DNA of 64,000 nucleotides from a virus (Duplodnaviria > Caudoviricetes), in the IMG/VR virus record IMGVR_UViG_3300042291_001013; one strand, given 5' to 3'. Shown here piece by piece: positions 8,420-17,190 of this stretch. The number at the start of each line of letters is the position of its first letter. The first letter of the stretch is position 1. Both the position numbers and the translations under genes were made by a program. A model generated the notes under the pieces. That model worked only from the letters and a program-made list of their open reading frames with translations. It was not told the origin of the DNA and ran no database searches.

Positions 8420-9630
8420 TCTTCGATCTTTACAACATGATATTTAGGTTCGGCAACATGGTCACGGTAACGGTTGCCTGCGCGGTTATATTGCTCACCA
8501 TTTCCAGAAATGATATCAACAACCCGGTCAATACATCTGTTATTCCAATCACTAATGAGACCCATGTTGTGATGAGGTGCTCTAAGAAGGTTTTGTAGTT
8601 TGTGATAGGCATCGTCTATGCTCCATGGTACGTAAAGCCGATTAGGGTCATTTGCAAAAGTTTCAGGGAAACTGCGATAAGCAGGATATAGAACGTTGGC
8701 TCCGAGGGTATCTGCTTCACTGACAGTGTTTGAGACCCAATCTTGTAGAGCACAATTAAACAACACACGAGTATTGTTAAGGTGAGCATAGTATTCGTTC
8801 TTTGTGATGTTATCGTAGATTTTTAGTTTGCCTTCCGCCTCCATACGGCGGGCACGTTCAATATACTCTGGGTTATTGGATCGTAGAGGTCCGCCACTGT
8901 ATATTGCAAACTCACACGGCTCGCTGGTGAGCTCACTATACATTTCAATAAGATCCATGAAGAAGCCAGGTTGCTTTTCCTGATCAAAACGAGCCGCGAA
9001 GCCGACTCTACGGGCACGTTGAACAAAGGGCGTGATGTTTTCCACGCCACCGATCCGCTCCAGTACTTCTGATTTGCCAAATGCAAGACCGGAAATGTTG
9101 TAAATCGGAGCAGTCCATCCAGCAATGCGCATGTGCGCGACCATTTCCTCATTGGTTGCCAGTACTGCACCCCCCGAGAAAGCCACCATCTCATTGACCA
9201 TTTGTTCATACAGTCCCATCCACTTCTGTAGACCCCACACATGCACAAAGTCATCAGGGTCAATGGCCTGTGCCAAACAACGTACATAGATACGTGGACA
9301 TTGTTCACGGGGAATCTGGTTCATGATGTAACCAAGACTTTCAAAGCCCGGCTGAAACATGTCTTCAAAGTAGATCACATCTTGACTAGTTACGTCGCCG
9401 TTCTTCATCATCTGAACCAAGTTCATCATCTGGCTCATGGCAAAGTAACTGCGGCCATGTGCGTCTAGTACTTGGCCTACCGAGATAGCTTGTGTGTTGT
9501 CAATTGTGGTGCCAGGAACATACACAACATCTAGGCCTCGACGTTCAAACACCCGTCGATTCCACTCAGTTAGCTGTAGTGTGTAACGGGCTTCGTAACT
9601 TTCCAAGCCCATGTAGTATAGTTTTCTCAT
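8416..9630 (-). CDS. GT-B fold glycosyltransferase
   Basis: VGFAARFDQEKQPGFF, VLFNCALQDWVSNTVSEA, YPAYRSFPE: GT-B C-terminal donor-binding pattern. Confidence 0.75.
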   Translation of the reverse strand: MRKLYYMGLESYEARYTLQLTEWNRRVFERRGLDVVYVPGTTIDNTQAISVGQVLDAHGRSYFAMSQMMNLVQMMKNGDVTSQDVIYFEDMFQPGFESLGYIMNQIPREQCPRIYVRCLAQAIDPDDFVHVWGLQKWMGLYEQMVNEMVAFSGGAVLATNEEMVAHMRIAGWTAPIYNISGLAFGKSEVLERIGGVENITPFVQRARRVGFAARFDQEKQPGFFMDLIEMYSELTSEPCEFAIYSGGPLRSNNPEYIERARRMEAEGKLKIYDNITKNEYYAHLNNTRVLFNCALQDWVSNTVSEADTLGANVLYPAYRSFPETFANDPNRLYVPWSIDDAYHKLQNLLRAPHHNMGLISDWNNRCIDRVVDIISGNGEQYNRAGNRYRDHVAEPKYHVVKIEE

Positions 9631-9851
9631 TAAAATCTACCCGCCAATCTGCGAGTATCTTCGTCCCACATGTTCTTGGCATTCTTGTTTTGTGAATATT
9701 TGTTATACTGTTGCCAAGCATAACTCTTGAAGTTGTACAAGTCAGCCTCGTTGTAACGATAACCGTAGTCTTGACAGAACTCTCGGTACTGCTCGAGATG
9801 CTCAAAGATCTCAGCCACACGGGGATTAGAGCGGAGTGTGGGTTTTCCCAT
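9630..9851 (-). CDS. Hypothetical protein
   Basis: 73-aa ORF tightly coupled to neighbours. Confidence 0.7.
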   Translation of the reverse strand: MGKPTLRSNPRVAEIFEHLEQYREFCQDYGYRYNEADLYNFKSYAWQQYNKYSQNKNAKNMWDEDTRRLAGRF

Positions 9852-9862
9852 TTTATTTTCCT

Positions 9863-10315
9863 TTAGATTTTAACTGACATACTAGGGTGAGAAATTTCAT
9901 ATTTGATCAAGGCACCGTTCTCACCATCTTCGGCAACCTCAATCCAGACTGCGCGGTCAGGATACCTTTCGGCAATCTGCAAGTACAGATCGTCTGAGAT
10001 CATTTCACAACTTTTAAAATCTAGTTGCAGGATGTCTCTGTTATATAGACCTTCCAACCAGCGTTTAAACTGAATAAATTCAATGTCTCGATCGTTGTGA
10101 AATACATCAATCCAAACACGGAAGTGAAAGATATGTCTATGTGCATTGGCTAGGAAGCTAACATCATACTCGCCTGCTGTGCATAGATTAGGATCTGTAG
10201 CGGCAGCAGGGTACTTGTGTATTCCTTCCTTGCGGAAAGTGACCCAGATTTTACGTTCTGCTCGGCTCATGATTCTCTCACGCTGTTCTGCTAGTGCTTG
10301 ATCTCGTTGATTCAT
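9863..10315 (-). CDS. Second QueD-like T-fold protein (possible DpdL-type paralog)
   Basis: AHRHIFHFRV, DRDIEFIQFKRWL, SCEMISDDL resemble QueD HxH / DF..LK / ScE motifs; lacks the QueD CxxxHGH arrangement. Confidence 0.55.
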   Translation of the reverse strand: MNQRDQALAEQRERIMSRAERKIWVTFRKEGIHKYPAAATDPNLCTAGEYDVSFLANAHRHIFHFRVWIDVFHNDRDIEFIQFKRWLEGLYNRDILQLDFKSCEMISDDLYLQIAERYPDRAVWIEVAEDGENGALIKYEISHPSMSVKI

Positions 10316-10815
10316 AATTTTTGATCCTGTTTATAATCATCCCACGAAGTAAATGTTCTACGGCTCATTAAGCTATGTAGACTATGACACCAGACCCCAG
10401 GATTGGTTGCCGCAAAGTCTTTGTCATCTATTTTTAACATTGTATTATAATTCCACAGCTTTGTATACGGTACACTTACTCGAATTTGTGGAATAAAATT
10501 TTGATAGTCGCAAAGAGGACCATCGTTAAACTCTTCCACGTGCGTGATTGGGATATCCAAACTGCACAAGTGGCCGTCACGCAAGAATGGCTCGATCATG
10601 CTTTCCCAATGTTGCCATTCTGATCTGTCAACAGGATGAAAACTGTGGTTAGCACCAAAGAAAATGTGTTCACACTGTTCATTGGCTAGATGCTGTTTGA
10701 TTTCAGTATAAGATTGAACTCCAACTACAAACAGTGTCTTTTTACCAAATGCTGGTGTGCGTTCAACTTCAGTGCCTACAAAAAAGTTGACGTTGTCGTG
10801 ACCTTCGCGGTTCAT
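10312..10815 (-). CDS. Hypothetical protein between dpdA-like and T-fold genes
   Basis: 167-aa ORF with ATGA overlaps on both sides. Confidence 0.75.
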   Translation of the reverse strand: MNREGHDNVNFFVGTEVERTPAFGKKTLFVVGVQSYTEIKQHLANEQCEHIFFGANHSFHPVDRSEWQHWESMIEPFLRDGHLCSLDIPITHVEEFNDGPLCDYQNFIPQIRVSVPYTKLWNYNTMLKIDDKDFAATNPGVWCHSLHSLMSRRTFTSWDDYKQDQKL

Positions 10816-12425
10816 TGTGTTGCTTCTAATTGATCAAGTTTATCGGTATCCAGATCCTCGGGTTCGGTCTCTGGCTCTTCAAAGCTAAACAATGCATTAA
10901 ATTGTGTACGTGCGTTCATGGTCTTCTTGCCTTTAAACCCACGTGTGCCCACAATCTGCATCCAGTAGCCACTGTACAATTGTATGATATCTTCGGCAGT
11001 TTGTCTATCCGGTGCGGCAAAAATAGCTTCCACAATGTCTTCAAAACGAGCATAGTCTCCCCCATCTCTGCGCATCATGGCCGGATGTTCTCCACGATCA
11101 AAACGCTGATTGGCTTCTTGTACCGCAGTTAGGTGCATCCAAACATTGTGTCCCATGAGCAGAGCATAGCTAAAACTATCCCAGGATGTTTTGCCCCACT
11201 TGCCGTTTTTGTTAACATCAGGCAACACATCATACAATGCAGGGTCTTGAAAGTTTGCTGGGGTAAGAGTAACGCCGGGTTTTGGAACGCCCGACTTGTA
11301 GATACAAATATCCTTCATGGTCAACATGTCACTTATAGGACTGTCAGTCCAGTTAGGATAGATACCGTCTGCAACAACGCCAGTGCTCCACTTGCGAGTG
11401 TCTGTGCTGTACTTTTTGTCATCGGCTGAAGGAGCCATACGATAACTCCACTTTGAATCATGTTCAAATACATTTTCGTAGTATACTTGTCCATTGGCTG
11501 TGGCAAGGAATGGGCTGGCACAATCAAAGGAAATAGTAAAAGCCGGGTTAACGTATTTTCTAACTGCCCTTTGAATCACGGTGAGTAGCACAGCCCATTC
11601 CAACTTTGATGTTCCCAAAAAGTGCATCCAGTCATGTTTGCCCTCTTGTAACAAATTATCGTAGCGCAAGGCAACTAGTCGGCGTAACACCAGGTGAACG
11701 TCGCACATGTTCTGACCACCCATGCTCCACCCATTGAAGTGAGTGTCTGGATACTTTACTGGGTCACAATATTCCTTCATGATCTCATACCATTCGTCTG
11801 CACTGGTATGATTGTCACCTTGCAGTACATTTAGAATCTTGGTGCCACCATTGGCAACACCTTTACGATGCTTCATGAAGTATTCGTTGTTGAACTTGGT
11901 GGCATCCACTGCTTCTTGCAGTGTGGAGATTTGACAGGCCTTGCTTGCTGTCTTGTCATGAATAACCCAAGTCGGAATATCCAGTGTCATGCAGTAATCA
12001 GAAACGTTGTCTAGCCAGTTAAGAACTAACTCACGTTTCTTTTGAGCCTTGGCACACCCCGAGTTGGCTCGCCAATCACCTTCCCACAAGCCCTTGGCAA
12101 TCTGGAAACCGCCTGAATCTCCCAAGAGAAACGTGCCTGGCTCACGGTTCCGTACCATGTCTTCTGACCAATCTTGTTTGTTAAGATCAAGATTAGCATG
12201 GCCCCCAGATGCAAGTGACCAACGATAAGGAAACAACGCCTTGTTGGAATTAAGCCAGTTAAGCTGTTCTATATCAGCAAGTCCCTGAGGGAATCGTGCT
12301 GGATCCACATAGTGTTCGTTCCTTTGCCGTCCCACAAATGTGGCATAGAATCCCGAGATGGCTGGAAGGAACACAGCGTAGTCTGATTGTTTGGCGGTGA
12401 GATTGTCTTGAGTTGGTTCTGTCAT
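10812..12425 (-). CDS. dpdA: tRNA-guanine transglycosylase-like protein, probable DNA 7-deazaguanine insertase (DpdA family)
   Basis: TGT motifs LGDSGGFQ, TLDIP, VLQG, GWSMGG, HFLG, SFDCASP (catalytic Asp), distal HN; no CxCxxC zinc motif; clustered with folE/queD. DNA rather than tRNA target is inferred. Confidence 0.78.
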   Translation of the reverse strand: MTEPTQDNLTAKQSDYAVFLPAISGFYATFVGRQRNEHYVDPARFPQGLADIEQLNWLNSNKALFPYRWSLASGGHANLDLNKQDWSEDMVRNREPGTFLLGDSGGFQIAKGLWEGDWRANSGCAKAQKKRELVLNWLDNVSDYCMTLDIPTWVIHDKTASKACQISTLQEAVDATKFNNEYFMKHRKGVANGGTKILNVLQGDNHTSADEWYEIMKEYCDPVKYPDTHFNGWSMGGQNMCDVHLVLRRLVALRYDNLLQEGKHDWMHFLGTSKLEWAVLLTVIQRAVRKYVNPAFTISFDCASPFLATANGQVYYENVFEHDSKWSYRMAPSADDKKYSTDTRKWSTGVVADGIYPNWTDSPISDMLTMKDICIYKSGVPKPGVTLTPANFQDPALYDVLPDVNKNGKWGKTSWDSFSYALLMGHNVWMHLTAVQEANQRFDRGEHPAMMRRDGGDYARFEDIVEAIFAAPDRQTAEDIIQLYSGYWMQIVGTRGFKGKKTMNARTQFNALFSFEEPETEPEDLDTDKLDQLEATQ

Positions 12426-12775
12426 GTTACTAAGTGCTGTGCTAATACCATACAGCTAATCCAAACCCATATAGTGTTAAATCCTACCAAGGTTGGTAAT
12501 AGTTTTTTCTCACTAGCCCAGATAAGTGTTAGGCTTGTTGCTAGAGTAAAGAAATATAACCACCAAAGGCTAATACCAAATATCAAACCAGGAATAATGA
12601 TAACAGCCTTGGCTGTCCAACTAGCAAACTCTACAGTATTGTAGTCAGTCCAGTATTCCTTTGTAAACCACATGCCATAGCATTCTTTAATCTTATCAAA
12701 CCCAATGTGGCGATATACAGCACCACACAGAACCAAGAACGCTAAACAAGCGGATAATATTTGTACGTTATTCAT
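12422..12775 (-). CDS. Small multi-pass membrane protein
   Basis: Several hydrophobic segments in 117 aa. Confidence 0.7.
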   Translation of the reverse strand: MNNVQILSACLAFLVLCGAVYRHIGFDKIKECYGMWFTKEYWTDYNTVEFASWTAKAVIIIPGLIFGISLWWLYFFTLATSLTLIWASEKKLLPTLVGFNTIWVWISCMVLAQHLVT

Positions 12776-13497
12776 TATTTAGATTGCGCCGGAAGGATGT
12801 AATTGTAAACAGCCAAGCCAGAATCCACAGTGATCTGTGCGGCACCGTCATCGCTGATGCGCACAACTTTGTCACCAGTCAAGTCCATGATGCTGACAAA
12901 CTGTTTGGCAGGCCATGACCATGTGCGCTTCAATGCACCATTCACTCCGGGATGGAACACAAAGTTACCTGAGTGCGTTGAATGGTCACCAAAGAAAAAT
13001 TTCAAGTCGCTGTTTTCAGTCTTGGCTTGAAAGTTGGGCTCTTCAGCGTTGGCGCTCATCTGCCACTTCAGTCGCTGAATAGCGGCATTGGTGGGTTCAA
13101 ATTCAATGTGCCAAGGCACAGCTCGCATCTTGGCAGTTTTCAACTTGTCATTCACAATGCCAGCTGACATAAAACGATAGTTGTTTTTGAAGTCGCCCAC
13201 TTTGTTTTCAAAGCTGATGCCGTCAGGATCACCACTTGATCCGCGTGTGATAGCAAGTGTGGCATTTTCTTTGTATTCTTGCAAGTTCAACAAAGTTTTA
13301 AGTTTGCTCAAGTTAGGCATACCAAATGTGCCAATAAAGTCTGCTACAGGGTTTTTAAATTCAGCCTGCACAACCACGCTGAGGTCTTCAGCTAAGCCGC
13401 TGACAGTGGTGGTATTTGTATCTCCAACAATTTTGATCAGGTCAATGCAACCAAGATCAAAAGTGTGTTCAACCAAGTCTAATAGATAATCTTTCAT
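12775..13497 (-). CDS. Probable DNA polymerase sliding clamp (gp45/PCNA-like)
   Basis: 240 aa, beta-rich, ends ..AAQITVDSGLAVYNYILP; two genes from PolB; AGGAG RBS. Confidence 0.6.
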   Translation of the reverse strand: MKDYLLDLVEHTFDLGCIDLIKIVGDTNTTTVSGLAEDLSVVVQAEFKNPVADFIGTFGMPNLSKLKTLLNLQEYKENATLAITRGSSGDPDGISFENKVGDFKNNYRFMSAGIVNDKLKTAKMRAVPWHIEFEPTNAAIQRLKWQMSANAEEPNFQAKTENSDLKFFFGDHSTHSGNFVFHPGVNGALKRTWSWPAKQFVSIMDLTGDKVVRISDDGAAQITVDSGLAVYNYILPAQSK

Positions 13498-13516
13498 ACA
13501 GTTCTCCTAAGTGTGT

Positions 13517-13545
13517 AGTATAAGGGTTTTATTTGGTTTTTGCAA
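13517..13545 (-). promoter_or_regulatory. sigma70-type promoter upstream of clamp gene
   Basis: TTGCAA-N17-TATACT. Confidence 0.55.
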
Positions 13546-14473
13546 CCAGTTTGGCTAATGCTTGCCCGCCTTTGAGGCTGGTAAGTTCGCCAGGCTTTCG
13601 AAATTCAATCCAACTGACATCGCCAGCGCCGTCATGTGAATAAACATATTCCCAACCAATTCGGTCAGCATGCTGTCTAATATAACGCTGTGGTGTGTAG
13701 CACATAAAAAATCTTTCACTTAGTCCAGCGCCTTGCTCTCGGTCAGCATTGTTGTAAGTAAAGATCACATGGCCGCCGGGTCTGCATTTTACAAACAGCT
13801 CATTGAGATAACGTTCAATAACAGACATAGGTTTGTAGTTGAAGAAGTTGTAGGCAAATACCAAGCCAAACGAGTTGTTGGGCAAGTCATCTAAAATGTT
13901 GGCTTCTCGACGATCATCAATGATATATTGTCTTAGGCGGCGTTGATACTCTGGCGTGAACTGTTGCACAGCAGGATCCAATAGCTCTTGATGATGATCC
14001 ACCACGTACAGTGGATCCAGTGGCACTAGTTCTTCAATGTAGTTTTCTCGGCCTGGCCTAAAAATCAATCCTGGATGGTGCCAGTCTGCTAGATTGCGCA
14101 AGTGACTGCGCAGAATCATGTTGCTGTCGGGATCAATACTTAGTCTACGATCCAGGATGTACTGATTGGTTTCAAACGGCATCTCATGATCAAAAATGCG
14201 CTGACTTTCTCTAAAGTATTCGCCTTCCATGTCTGCACGTTGATTGTACAGACGCTCGTGCAAGGTGTTTAGAGTGCGACCATAGACATCAATAGAGGCC
14301 AACACGTCTTGATAGTTACGCTCTAGTTCTTTGGCAGTAACTCCTATTTGTATAGGATGAGTGGTTACTCTTTCAAGCACAGCTTCAAGATTGCGCATGG
14401 CAGGGCGACACGCAACATCAGCTTTGATGCTGTCTAACAAATTTAAATATGCAACAATTTCACTTAACTTCAT
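13529..14473 (-). CDS. Class I SAM-dependent methyltransferase with N-terminal helical region
   Basis: LYVVD, LPNNSFGLVFAYNFFNY, CRPGGHVIF. Confidence 0.65.
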   Translation of the reverse strand: MKLSEIVAYLNLLDSIKADVACRPAMRNLEAVLERVTTHPIQIGVTAKELERNYQDVLASIDVYGRTLNTLHERLYNQRADMEGEYFRESQRIFDHEMPFETNQYILDRRLSIDPDSNMILRSHLRNLADWHHPGLIFRPGRENYIEELVPLDPLYVVDHHQELLDPAVQQFTPEYQRRLRQYIIDDRREANILDDLPNNSFGLVFAYNFFNYKPMSVIERYLNELFVKCRPGGHVIFTYNNADREQGAGLSERFFMCYTPQRYIRQHADRIGWEYVYSHDGAGDVSWIEFRKPGELTSLKGGQALAKLVAKTK

Positions 14474-17130
14474 TCGAAACTAAACAGACTAGTAAATGTA
14501 TTTTCTGTGTTGGTTGCAGACGCAAGTTCCCAATCCAACACACCCAGCAAGTTGTCAATCTTTTGATCCACAACAGTTGCTTCCATCAAGCCATCATCAA
14601 ACGGCAATTCTGTAAACCACGCAGGCAGTCGTTGCTCATCAGTGGGGTATCCAATTGAAGTCCACCCAAGAGCGTTGCTTTTAAGTTTGCATACAATGGT
14701 TTTCATACCATCAACAATTTGCATACTGTAGTTGTCGCTGTTCATCTTGCGCATGTTATTCCAGTTGATTGCGGCTCGCACATGACCCGGCATGTTTGCT
14801 TTGCCCAGTCGTGTTTCTTCTGCCGCATACTTGGTCAAGTTGTTCACACGCTTGGGTGAACCTTTCTCCCAACCTGGCCGCTCCATAAACTCATACTTGA
14901 ATTCACGTATGCGTTCCACAATCTCATCTTTACCTGCACCAGCAAGTAGTTTATTTAGAATTTCCAACAAGAAGTCTTGAATTACTTTGGGAGTGTCACT
15001 GCGTTTTAGATCCAATCCTGTGGCCTTGGTCTTGCCAATTTTGCCTTCTACGTCCAGCCGCTTGCCTTCAATGTCAATGGCATTCACAGCATAACGCTTC
15101 TTGGTGATAAACAAACCACGATCTGCCACAGTCTCACGACCACACTTGATCAATGCGCCCATGTCTCGGGGGCAGTGAAAAGCCTGTTCCATGAAGCCAG
15201 GGAAACTTTCGTTGACTTGGTCAGCAAGGTTGTCATACAGTTGAATACAAGTTTCTTTCGACCAGGCCATCCTGCCTTCCTCAACTTCCTTCTTGAGTAC
15301 CGGCCAAGCGGAGAAATAACAAGAGTCTGTGTCCCCGTAAATGATTGCTTTACCCACATGGTCGTATTCGCCTGTAATAAGTTCATTGAGGTGGGCATCC
15401 ATGTGCCTGGCAATACTTCTACCAGTGAGCGTAGTGGACTGCCCAATACGCTTGTCAAAGAACCTACAGCCCGGGTTAAGAATAGCCCCGTAGAGACTGT
15501 TGAGGTTAATCTTTTTAACCAGTTGTCGCTTGTCCCAGAATGCAATTTCTTTAGCATCTTTTGCGTCCTTCTTCTTGGCTTGCAGTTCTTTACGTTCTTC
15601 ATACCAACGCTCTAGCAAGCCGGGAATGATACCCTTTTTCTCAAATGTAAGGATAGTACCATTGGCAGTGAGGATCCAAGGTTGGTTAGAGTCAAAGATA
15701 ATCGTCCAAATCTCGGCAGCTGAGTGTACTGACTCTTCGCCGTTCTCCCAGTCAATGGTAATCTCTGTGCCACGTTGTTGTTCCATCACAGCAGTGTATT
15801 CCAGGCTGGCAAAGATACCTTCCCATGCGCCTGCAAAACTCTGTCCCTTGGCCATGTTGGCTTTGATCAAATGATCTGTCATGGTCTGGCGCAGTTGTCC
15901 TACCACCGTCTCTGGTCCCATGTTCATGGCACGAATTGCTGATGGATACAGTGAGTTAATGTCAACTGATCCAATCCACTCATGCACACCCTTCTTGGGA
16001 TACGCAACATACGCACCAGCGGCCTGTGTGTCTTCGTCTGTAAGCCGTTGCTTGCGGTTGGGCACAACCATGCCACGTTCATGAGCTTCATTGATAATAG
16101 CTTGCTCAGTCACTGCCACAGCACCCATTGTGGTTTGTAGCAACACAGTATTGGCATGGGCAAGTTCGTTAGCAAGATCAAGAAACCGCAATTTTTTATC
16201 TAATCTTGCAATCAGCATTGTATCTTGACGGTTGTATTCAATAAACTTTTTAAAGTGTTGGTTATACAAAGCATCCAAGGTGCCTTCAAACTGTGTTTTG
16301 CGCTCGCCCAGTTCGTGTTCACCAATGGCATCCAGGCTATACGAGTGACGCTCCTCGTATGTGTACTTGCGATACAGTTGCATATAGTCCATATGCACAC
16401 GACCAATCAAGTCATAAGTTTCGTTTTCAGCACCAAAGCGTTCAAACACACGCTTCTTGGGCAACTGACCCCACAAGCAGAATTTACGTGTATCATCTTT
16501 GCTGAGTACCCGCACACATCTGTTGACAGTGTAGGGAATGTCATAGCCTTCAGAGTTCCAGCCTGTTAGAATGTCAGCGTCGTCAATTAGATCCAGGAAG
16601 GTCTTGATCATCTCTGATTCTTCAGTAAACAGGATTGTATTTTCAAAGTCCTTGACCAAGTCTTGCGCTGTTTCCCAACTCATGTGTGCTGGCGGCACTG
16701 CTAGTGTGACTATCTGATCCAACCAGTCTAGGTAGACTGAAATAGCAGTGATAGGATTGAACGGATCCGACACAGGACTAAATCCACGCTCCTTGTCAAA
16801 CGCCACCTCAATGTCAAAAAACGCTGTGTGTAGTTCAGGCGCATTTTGATCTTTGTAGTTTTCTTCAAGGCATCTAAATATGGGATTGATGTCGCTCTCA
16901 TAAAGTTGCTTGCCGCTTTGGATACGTACTTCTTTGCGGAACTCTTTGTTGTTGCGTGTACTAAATCTTGATACAGGTGTGCCGTAGATACTTTGGAATT
17001 TGCCACGAGCATCGTCGTAGTAAAAAATGTAATTTGCTGGATACTCTCGGTAGACTCTTACACCGTCTCGGCGTTCTACAGTATGAATGCGATCGTGTTC
17101 ACGATCAAAAAGTGCGTCAATATAACTCAT
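14470..17130 (-). CDS. Family B DNA polymerase (gp43-like) with 3'-5' exonuclease
   Basis: FFDIEV (ExoI), WNSEGYDIPY (ExoII), YNRQD (ExoIII), DINSLYPS, KINLNSLYG, YGDTDS, KKRYA. Confidence 0.97.
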   Translation of the reverse strand: MSYIDALFDREHDRIHTVERRDGVRVYREYPANYIFYYDDARGKFQSIYGTPVSRFSTRNNKEFRKEVRIQSGKQLYESDINPIFRCLEENYKDQNAPELHTAFFDIEVAFDKERGFSPVSDPFNPITAISVYLDWLDQIVTLAVPPAHMSWETAQDLVKDFENTILFTEESEMIKTFLDLIDDADILTGWNSEGYDIPYTVNRCVRVLSKDDTRKFCLWGQLPKKRVFERFGAENETYDLIGRVHMDYMQLYRKYTYEERHSYSLDAIGEHELGERKTQFEGTLDALYNQHFKKFIEYNRQDTMLIARLDKKLRFLDLANELAHANTVLLQTTMGAVAVTEQAIINEAHERGMVVPNRKQRLTDEDTQAAGAYVAYPKKGVHEWIGSVDINSLYPSAIRAMNMGPETVVGQLRQTMTDHLIKANMAKGQSFAGAWEGIFASLEYTAVMEQQRGTEITIDWENGEESVHSAAEIWTIIFDSNQPWILTANGTILTFEKKGIIPGLLERWYEERKELQAKKKDAKDAKEIAFWDKRQLVKKINLNSLYGAILNPGCRFFDKRIGQSTTLTGRSIARHMDAHLNELITGEYDHVGKAIIYGDTDSCYFSAWPVLKKEVEEGRMAWSKETCIQLYDNLADQVNESFPGFMEQAFHCPRDMGALIKCGRETVADRGLFITKKRYAVNAIDIEGKRLDVEGKIGKTKATGLDLKRSDTPKVIQDFLLEILNKLLAGAGKDEIVERIREFKYEFMERPGWEKGSPKRVNNLTKYAAEETRLGKANMPGHVRAAINWNNMRKMNSDNYSMQIVDGMKTIVCKLKSNALGWTSIGYPTDEQRLPAWFTELPFDDGLMEATVVDQKIDNLLGVLDWELASATNTENTFTSLFSFE

Positions 17131-17190
17131 TGTTCTCCGTTTGTGGCCGGGTGGGCCTTGCTACATGCTCGTAATGTGAGCGACTCTTTG

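Noticed and set aside
14470-17130. Intein or intron in DNA polymerase
   Set aside because: 886 aa, all Exo and Pol motifs contiguous, no LAGLIDADG or splice-junction motifs.
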